This document shows positions 1-64,000 of a stretch of DNA of 64,000 bases, in pieces. Location of the stretch: contig NMRA01000108.1 of the NCBI GenBank assembly GCA_002633005.1, positions 690,884-754,883 of the forward strand, in the 5' to 3' direction. A program made the position numbers and the translations under genes. The DNA is from Phoronis australis (Eukaryota; Animalia; Phoronida). Numbering within the stretch: the first letter of the stretch is position 1; each line of letters starts with the position of its first letter. The notes under the pieces are model-generated. The model was given only the letters and a program-made list of their open reading frames with translations, was not told the DNA's origin and did not search any database.

Positions 1-480
1 ATTTAGGGGGGGGGGGGCCCTTGGCTGCCGCAAAAAAAATAAAACAGTAAGAGCGTAGGGAAATGTTGAGTTTATTAATTAACCCCGGTAATTAAAATGA
101 TACGGAACTATGGCTAAGTATAGGCTCTCCCGCAATATCCCAGGCGACAGGCAGTGGCGCTGCGCACTACGACTCCGTTTCCGTCATCTGCTCCACTGTG
201 CAATGAAGAAAATTTACTTCATATTTAAAGAAAATGGAACCTGAGTGACGATGAAAAAACAGAAGCTGCTGGTAAGATGTGAATTTTAATCGAAGCCTTA
301 GTGAATCACTCAGAAACTCGCAATACTCTCTTTGTCAAACCTTATCTTAAGACGATTTCCAAAGCAATCCCGTCAATATTGCCAACTCGAAAAACGGATT
401 TGGTCTTTTGGGCAGTTGAAGACTATTTTAAATACGACAAATTTGTTAAGAATTGATGGCACAAAATATAAAACGTGTAA

Positions 481-899
481 NNNNNNNNNNNNNNNNNNNN
501 NNNNNNNNNNNNNNNNNNNNNNNNNNNNNNNNNNNNNNNNNNNNNNNNNNNNNNNNNNNNNNNNNNNNNNNNNNNNNNNNNNNNNNNNNNNNNNNNNNNN
601 NNNNNNNNNNNNNNNNNNNNNNNNNNNNNNNNNNNNNNNNNNNNNNNNNNNNNNNNNNNNNNNNNNNNNNNNNNNNNNNNNNNNNNNNNNNNNNNNNNNN
701 NNNNNNNNNNNNNNNNNNNNNNNNNNNNNNNNNNNNNNNNNNNNNNNNNNNNNNNNNNNNNNNNNNNNNNNNNNNNNNNNNNNNNNNNNNNNNNNNNNNN
801 NNNNNNNNNNNNNNNNNNNNNNNNNNNNNNNNNNNNNNNNNNNNNNNNNNNNNNNNNNNNNNNNNNNNNNNNNNNNNNNNNNNNNNNNNNNNNNNNNNN
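481..899. other. Assembly gap (N run)
   Basis: 419 consecutive N; ORFs spanning it are artefacts. Confidence 1.
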
Positions 900-1105
900 C
901 ATCATCGTCCTCAGCAGTAGTAATATTATTATTATTATTACTTCTGTTATTATTATGAATATAATTATTATTGTTGTTATAAGTTTTGTTAGCATTGCAG
1001 AAACGAATATTATTTTTCATTTTAGTTACTGTTACTATTACTAATGTTATTGTTATTGTTGTTGTTAATTGTTATTTTTGGGGTTTTATCATCATTGTTG
1101 CTACT
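900..1105. repeat. Degenerate (ATT/GTT)n low-complexity microsatellite
   Basis: Runs of attattatt and gttgttatt next to the gap. Confidence 0.85.
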
Positions 1106-2287
1106 GATTTAATCAAAATTCAGAATGTTCACGTTAAAGAACGATTTTATCGATCTTACGTAACACAGGGAAGAAGAATTCCCTCAACGTTTATTAAAAG
1201 TATCTTGTAGACTTTAAATGGATCCTCAGTTGAGTTTTTAAAAAGCGGTTCTCCTATAACGCGCGTTAAAGTGATATTCGTGTCTCCCAGCATCGTTTAG
1301 ATCGATACGAAACCTCGTGAGACCGTGAACAAGTGTAACAGAGCATATTAACGGACCGTATGCCTTCTTTACGTGTCGCTTTCCTTTCGCAATGAGTGGA
1401 GACGACTGGATACATCGCAGTAATAATAATTAGTGAATACATGGCAGAAGAATGTTTTGCCACATCAATGCAATTGTATGCAAAAATAGGAATTAACCAG
1501 AAATCTTCATTTCTCTCTTATTTTATGTACATCCATCATGGTGCTAGGACGAGTCGCTTTGTTTAGATCGCCTGTTGTCAAATACGACCAGTTTTAAAAC
1601 CCGTTGCTGAAGGGATTTTGTGGTCTAATTATCGAATCTGTCTCATTAGAGTCGAAAATGCATTACTTCTGAAAAATCAAACAAGGCCGAAAAAGCATAG
1701 GTGGTTCTGGTATGTATACCCCGACTCATTTTGAGACTTGGGCTCACCAACTAACTGAAAACGCCGACAGCAATAAGCCAAGGTCTGATGTTTTTTCAAA
1801 AGCTGCACAAAGGCACGTATGCAAGTGTAAGCAAGATTTGCAACGCCATAATTTACCGAGGGATGAGTAAGAAATCTGCGTCATTTTTGCTCGTCTCATG
1901 TGGATTTTCTTATTTGAAGCGGTTGGGGAACTAAAAAATACCGCACCACCGACTCAATATTCAAAAAAGCACAGACTAGATCCAACTACGTTTTTAGTCT
2001 TATCATCGCTTTTACATTTATTACAGTTCCGGTCTGTAATTAGCTATTGAAAAGGGGTGTCAGAATAGGTTTCAAGGTTAGACGATATTTCTTGCTCTTG
2101 ATCTCCCACGGTCGTTCTCTCGTGCAGTCTTTCTATACCTAGTCGTCACCAAATTCCCTCAACTACAGGTCTGCTTTCAGTAGTTCCTTGACATTATCGT
2201 TTTATTTTGTGCATTTACTAATTGAAAATCTGGAAAACGGTGAATAAGAATTAAGAAACCGGCAACTGCCATTTCTGACGCCCGTCA

Positions 2288-2400
2288 CAGTGGCGGATCC
2301 AGGATTCTTACTTAGAGGGGGGGCAGGACAGAATATTAGCTAGGATTTTGCCCCATCAGACATTCACACCCCCGAACTGCCGAATGGAATCTGGGATGAG
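2288..2400 (+). mobile_element. Fragment of a MITE/non-autonomous DNA element (CAGTGGCGGATCCAGG terminus)
   Basis: Its reverse complement matches two segments of the longer copy at 6678-6986 (cccagattccatt...; aatcctggatccgcc(a/c)ctg). Confidence 0.6.
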
Positions 2401-4487
2401 GACAAACACGTGATTTCCATTTCTATTGACTCTAGTCTTATGCATTTACTAGACAGACGAGGAGAGAACGCGCGTGCGCATAAATTTCGGTCTAACCACT
2501 CACAGCGTCACCATAGGTAAACTTCTTGAGCCTGAAGCTCATTCACTAAAAACGTCTTCAGAAACCTGAAAACAACCGTGAAGTGATATCTGTGCGAGGA
2601 AGTTACAGACCAACATAGAAAGGAGAACTTACTAATAATCACTGAACCTAACACCTCGAATTATTCAAAATTATTGCCTGTCAATGACGATGTTTTCGGT
2701 GTAGAACAAAACGTATGGATATGTTCGTATATTTTAAGCTGCTTCGCTGCAAAACTAATTCTGATTAAGTCATTTCACAAGAATCCCACGTGTATACGAT
2801 AAACAGAGCATAATGATAATCGCGTTTCAGAGAACGGCGCGGAAAACTCGTTTTTAGTATTTGTTAATAGGCCAAAACCGGGTTTGGCCTATTTTATTAT
2901 CACCTGGATATAACTTGAGCAAAATTTCTCAGTAAGTGACAGTTTTGGGAATATTTTCAGATACTTTATTATTTGATACTTTATTATTTTCTAAAGTAAG
3001 TTTCAATTATTTTTCAGAAATGGTTATGTGGAGCGAACTAAAAGGCCAAATGTCTGTCTTTTAAGACTTAAGTTACTTTCATGATGCAGATCCCAGGTCG
3101 TACGCCCCAAACAACTATTTCAGAAAAATAATTAAATCTCACTTCAGCAAAAGTGCAAAGTCTCTAAGAGTATACACATAACTGTTAGTTACAGGGATAA
3201 TTTCTATAAATTATTTCTAAACTGTCATACGCTAATAATTCCTTGGCTGATTACTTATTCACCAGTTGTGAAGTGGGCTCATCAGACCGAATTTCCGTCT
3301 TAAGTCTTATCAAGACTTAAAAGTTACTTTGATAAAGCAGAAGCATAAAAGGTATACGCTGAATAGCATCAATGACATCGCATTATCGCGCGCCACATTA
3401 CTATTGTTTAATAAATGGATTTGGCGCATGTGATGATCAAAGTTCAGTAACCAGTGGTTAAGTTCTGAATTTCTCCACAATGAACCCAGCCCAAGGGAAT
3501 GTTACGTAAAACAAGACACTTACGAGACACATTCGGTGAAAAATCATCGCTTATGAAACGGAAAGCATGAGTTTTCTTCCATAATGCAATATCCCTGACT
3601 CGCCGACCAATCACGTATTAAATAGTCAGTGGAAGCCATTCTGCTTACTCTAATCTCGAGTTTACTCGCGAAACTTGCCTTTCACTCGCGTGATGTTGAG
3701 TGATCTTACATGATTTCGCTTTCTCCCAAAGAAATTTGCTTTATGGAACGCACCCCGAGATAATTCTCATGTCAATACAAAATCCAAGTCACATCTGGAC
3801 GTGAAATAGCCAGTCGAAACAGTGGGAGTAGCGTTATTTATTATATGACAACTAAAAACCACACGTTGATATAGCTGCGCCGCCTACGTTAATAAGTCAC
3901 GTCACTTGTGCATAGCTTTTGAGTCTATTGCAATACGTGAATTAATGGTCACTCCCCCCTCACCAATTGAAAAGCGGATTATTTAACCTCACAAAATATG
4001 ATGCCTTAATAACCATGGTACTGAGAAAATGAATCTCCCGGCATACCCAAGTATACAAGGCTCAGAGCATCAACAAAGTTTCGAACTGCCACACTGTTTG
4101 TCAACCCTTTCAATCTCTGTGTAGGTAGCTTAATACTAGTGACAGGTGATCCCTCGATACCTTTCGGTGATAGAAACCAATATATGGCAGTGTAAGGGAA
4201 ATTTTTGAGACCATTTGATTACTTGGTTTATTTCATCATGTCTAGACTGTGAGAGAGGAGAAACGAAAACATAAACCAACTTTGTCTTGTTATCGCCCCT
4301 GCAATAATCATGCTACGAACAAATATACTTTTTCTCTTTTGACTTTGACACTGACAAATCCTACTGAGACATTCTACAGAGTATAGTTAAGGCGGCCTAT
4401 GGACAAAATAGACCTCGCGTGAAGTCGAAAAAACTTTGTCCCATGAACAAGTATGCTAATGAAGAACGGTTTTTTAGAGTGAAGACA

Positions 4488-4533
4488 ACGGTCTTCACCA
4501 GTACGGTCTTCACCAGTACGGTCTTCACCAGTA
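4488..4533. repeat. 15-bp tandem repeat x3 (acggtcttcaccagt)
   Basis: Seen directly. Confidence 0.9.
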
Positions 4534-4603
4534 TCGCAGCATTGATAAAGGTCTCCATTTGACTGCCTGACTGTATGCATTTCTGCAGGACCCTTGCATC
4601 ATA

Positions 4604-4618
4604 AGCGCCACCTGGTGA
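4604..4618 (-). promoter_or_regulatory. CTCF-like motif TCACCAGGTGGCGCT
   Basis: Close match to the bilaterian CTCF core consensus CCACCAGGTGGCGC; sequence match only. Confidence 0.4.
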
Positions 4619-6677
4619 GCGTTGAGCTCCCATTCAAATTATTGCATCTGAAAGAAGTCAAAAGTAAATTTTACTGGCGTTCAGTGCAATTCTACACCTA
4701 TCCTCAAACAGGAAGCAAGTAAAGTGGTTTCTTCTCTAATTTGTGCAGCTCTCTTCTAACTGCTTCCTTATGGGTTAGCGATAATGTTTATATAAACTCG
4801 AAAAAAAAGAAACTGAACATGTTCAATGCGTTTCTATTGATGAGTTACTGGCCTCGGTTGCATTCGAATTTGATGGAACATATCCTTATGAGATTTAACA
4901 TGCATGCAGGAAACATTAGCAAATATAATGCAACCAAACTGTATGACTTACCAATAATTAGCGTATCTTCCGCGGCTTAATTAATAAAAGTGCAGGTTAT
5001 TTGACATACGAGACGTAACTAGCCCTTCAACGACACGCAAATGGTTTAATGACCATCATATTGTTCAAGCCGCCCACTTGTGTTAGCCAACTACCGTACA
5101 GTGTAGGCTAAACAAACGGGGGTAGCGCTCTGGAGACATATGTTTCCGCTTCTTTTATTTCAGACAAACCTTGAATTATTATTCTGCATGTTCAACTTTG
5201 AAACTATTGATCACAATTAATTTTCTGTGAGGTGAGACGAAATTAACAAGCGTGACAGTCATACTCGAGTTAACGCTAGACAATACTTGTCTTTGGTTCT
5301 ATGAACACGAACGCATGCAGGAACGAACGAAACTCTGAGTACATGGATCATCAATACAGTATATTAATAATCACATGTAGGCCTACAACAACAGGTCTAT
5401 TGCGCGATTTCAAATTGCAGAAGGCTTTGTTTTATATATCACAAAACGCGCCATTTACAAAATTTGAATCTCCCAAGTGGATCGTGCATGCCAAAAAACT
5501 GCACTCAGTCATTCATTCTGTTAACACGAAGGGTGAAGGAAAGCTTCAGTAATTAAGTAAAGGGATTAGCTATGGGTTCGTGTAAAACTCATGTTACTCT
5601 TGTCTCAGGTGCCTTTTTCTGTTATTGAACACTCAGGATTATATGAAACAGTCCCAAATAGGGAGTCGTCTAATTTCCTAATATTTCACTGAACTTGTGG
5701 ACTTTGGCAATCACTGGTGGGAATTTCTAATGCTATTTTGCCTTCGCCACTACTGAATGCATTTTTAACTTACACCGAGCGTAAACTGTATGTTAAGTTC
5801 TCATTGAAAATAAACAGGGAACTTTTCGTGCACCGTACCAAGCTCAATTTTCGGTTGCATTATATCAAAATAACACATATGTAAATGAGGAGGTCGTAAT
5901 AAAGATAAAGTGGAAGGAAAAGGCTGACATTTGTGAGTAAACAAAGACATATATGCGCAGAAAATTTAGGGAATCCCTATTTAAGACTGTTTGATGGAAT
6001 CAGGCACTGGTACTTACAGGCCTGCGTCCAGTCTTTGTGTTTTGTTGACGCTGCCAAGTGTTGCTTTCGTGCCCGAAACACGGAGAAGGGGTTGAGGGAG
6101 CGGCTGGGGATGATTGAGTCGTCAAGGTCATCAAACAGACGATGCTTGTAGTTACAGGGACTTAATAATTCCTTCCCTCCCCCCTATGAATTGAGATTAG
6201 TAGGTCTCAGATGATGCGTTCAGAGGCCACCTTTTTAAAGGTGTTTCGTCGTTTCCTAGCACTACAAAAATACTAGTTATTTAGCCTGCCGCTCACTCTA
6301 TCGGCGAAGTCGACGCATTGGTTTAATAGATTTTCCGATCGATATGTTTTGCCACATGCTCCAGGGGTTTCCAAGAAATAAATGAAGTCACGGATCCCCA
6401 GCAAACTATCAGAATATGAAGACCATTATATTTTGCAGAGCTACACTGCCTTGCTGAAATCGACTCGCTACAGGCTCTACTATTTCGTAAGGTTGCAGAG
6501 GATTCATCGACATGACGTTATTTTCGAGTTGAGACATTTTAGTTTTTCTATAATGACAAAAATGCCCATGGTGCCGCGGTTGGGAAGCTGCAGACGACCA
6601 AAACAATATTTTTGTGGTATCCCCTAGCGTAGGGTTCTATTGTTAAGACGCTAGCTATATTGTAAGAGGGTTTAAAA

Positions 6678-6986
6678 CAGTGGGGGATTTATGGGGGGGG
6701 GGCAAGGCTGCCATGGCCCCCCTAAAATTCTCCCAGATTCCATTTGCCAGTTTGGGGTGCGAATTGCTGACTGGCTTATGCGCGCACCTAGGGGGGCTCG
6801 GGGAGCAAATGCACAATGCATAGCCTAGAACAAACTCCGACCCCTTTTTTTAGTAATAAGGTCTACAAACCCAAACGTTCAAGACCCCTTACATCCCTAC
6901 ATTTTCGGCTGGGTTGCGCGCACATGGCGAAATTCTGGTTATTCCTGTGCCCTGCCCCCCAACTCAAAATCCTGGATCCGCCCCTG
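6678..6986 (-). mobile_element. MITE/non-autonomous DNA element, same family as 2288-2400
   Basis: Termini cagtgggggattt... and ...ggatccgcccctg, with G/C-run subterminal motifs. Confidence 0.6.
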
Positions 6987-8515
6987 TAACATGTGTAGTA
7001 AAATGGCTGAACGAAGTAATTATGTAATTATGTCACATGGTCAAACTCTTGTAAAAGTGTTCGCCATTTTCCCAGAGTTTAATTTTTGGAGAGGGCGGTC
7101 AGAGGAATAGAATTCAACAATTGGCCTCCGGAATCGGCCCACACTTGCTGCCCGAGACTAAAATCGTTATCTTAATAACACAATGCCTGTGGTAAGCTAA
7201 TAAATTGTCTCGGGGGTATATCAGATGTTTTCATGCAGATTTCAGTATTAATTTTATGTGGGTCAAAATCTTTATTAATTACCAAGGCTGACTGGCTAGT
7301 CAGTGCATTTCATACCATAATAAAGTTTCGTGGTCTCGCAGTGACGTGAGATGGAGCAAAAAGTCAAATTCAAGTGGATGTTTCAGTGACTGAAATTATA
7401 TTCCTTATGTAACTTATTCCTTGAGTGTAGCCATGGAAATGGGTCACAAAAATTTAATTTTGTTGAAGGCCATAAATCTCAATTTTCTGTCCTGGCGTCA
7501 TTATAGGTCCTGGCGCGACAAATTTTATTGAACTTATCAACTATTAGACCTAGCTATATGGATATTACTAGGATACTATGACGACTGTTGAGTAGAGCCG
7601 GCCGGGAAGTCGGCAGTGCAGCGAACTCGCCATTTATTCCACGTGGGTAACATACTTATTCTTGGCGAGATAGAACCTTACCACAGACAGTTTATATGAT
7701 GACCACAAATCGGGGCACAGTTTATTGCCAGCCTGTCTCAGAACTTGAACAACGGTTATGTGATAGCGAACAGAGTTGGTGCTGCCTCAGTTGGATCGGG
7801 GAAGTTTGAATGCGTGAGAGGGTCAAGCGTGGGTAAAAGGAGATCGTTTAAATTTCTCGGCTTACCGGCTCGCGGGGTGGACTAAGCCTTGATCGAGAAG
7901 GAACGGTTTGAAATAATGCGCCGTGGGAGTGGGACTCATGTGATCTCTTTCCGAGCAAATAATTACACGATGTGCCACTGGGGATACTAGGCCTACAAAA
8001 CGTTGAAGGTGCCTGGTGCTAGATCGGAAAAATTGAAGACTTCAGATCCGGTGAGAGAGAATTTTTTGTACGTTGGCAACCAATTCCTAGCGATGCACAG
8101 GAAACCCTATATAGATAAAATCTATGTTCTTTGCAACCATAAAAACAAACGTTGAATTTTGACGTCAGCACTGACTGGATCATTTTTTCACGGCAGTTGA
8201 CATTAAACTTAGACCCCATTAAAAAGCGACCCGTGTCACTTTTTTAATACGGCCTATAGCCAGTGAAAAATGACACAAGCCAGTGGGTGGCCGGGGTCCG
8301 TTTTTTTCATGAGGCCATTCAAATGATTTGCTATCCTATGTTACCCGATAAGGATTATTATCATAGATGAGACCGATTGGTTTCAGAGTAACTTTGAAAT
8401 GCCTATCTTTTAGTGTTGTTGTAAACCATAGACATCTTAATAGCATATAGTGTGATGTCGAAGGTGTCAAACGTTTCCACACGGCGAGTCATTTATGCGT
8501 TTTTATTTCCTACAG

Positions 8516-64000
<55,485 letters not shown>

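Noticed and set aside
332-1020. Long ORFs of 155-215 aa
   Set aside because: They are open only because they cross the N gap and a low-complexity tract.
2865-2895. Short palindrome aataggccaaa...tttggcctatt as a terminator
   Set aside because: Eukaryotic context; more likely a remnant of a repeat element.
7826-7885. RGKGDR-like sequence as otoferlin exon 1
   Set aside because: No consistent open frame, start codon or phase-1 donor.

Overview
This is AT-rich animal genomic DNA, probably from a heterozygous marine invertebrate (inference). It is not prokaryotic, so most entries in the ORF track are noise. Almost the whole window (about 8.5-64 kb, + strand) is one multi-exon otoferlin gene (type II ferlin, no DysF domain). 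About 35 coding exons can be joined in frame from C2A to C2F. Coding exon 1 was not found, and the transmembrane 3' end lies beyond the window. Exons 2-5 appear twice, either side of a single N at 11981, most likely as an uncollapsed second haplotype. The most notable observations are: (1) a pair of homologous, frame-enforced mutually exclusive exons that swap the membrane-facing loop of C2B; (2) a foldback element with ~150-bp arms whose loop is a tRNA-like Pol III unit; (3) a young 5'-truncated LINE with an 11-bp TSD that leaves an intact antisense RNase H ORF; (4) two GC-AG introns with weak donors; (5) a minisatellite made of repeated splice-signal-like units ending at a real acceptor; (6) several candidate cassette exons. 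Introns also hold SINE, MITE and foldback fragments and tandem repeats. No CRISPR arrays or rRNA were seen.
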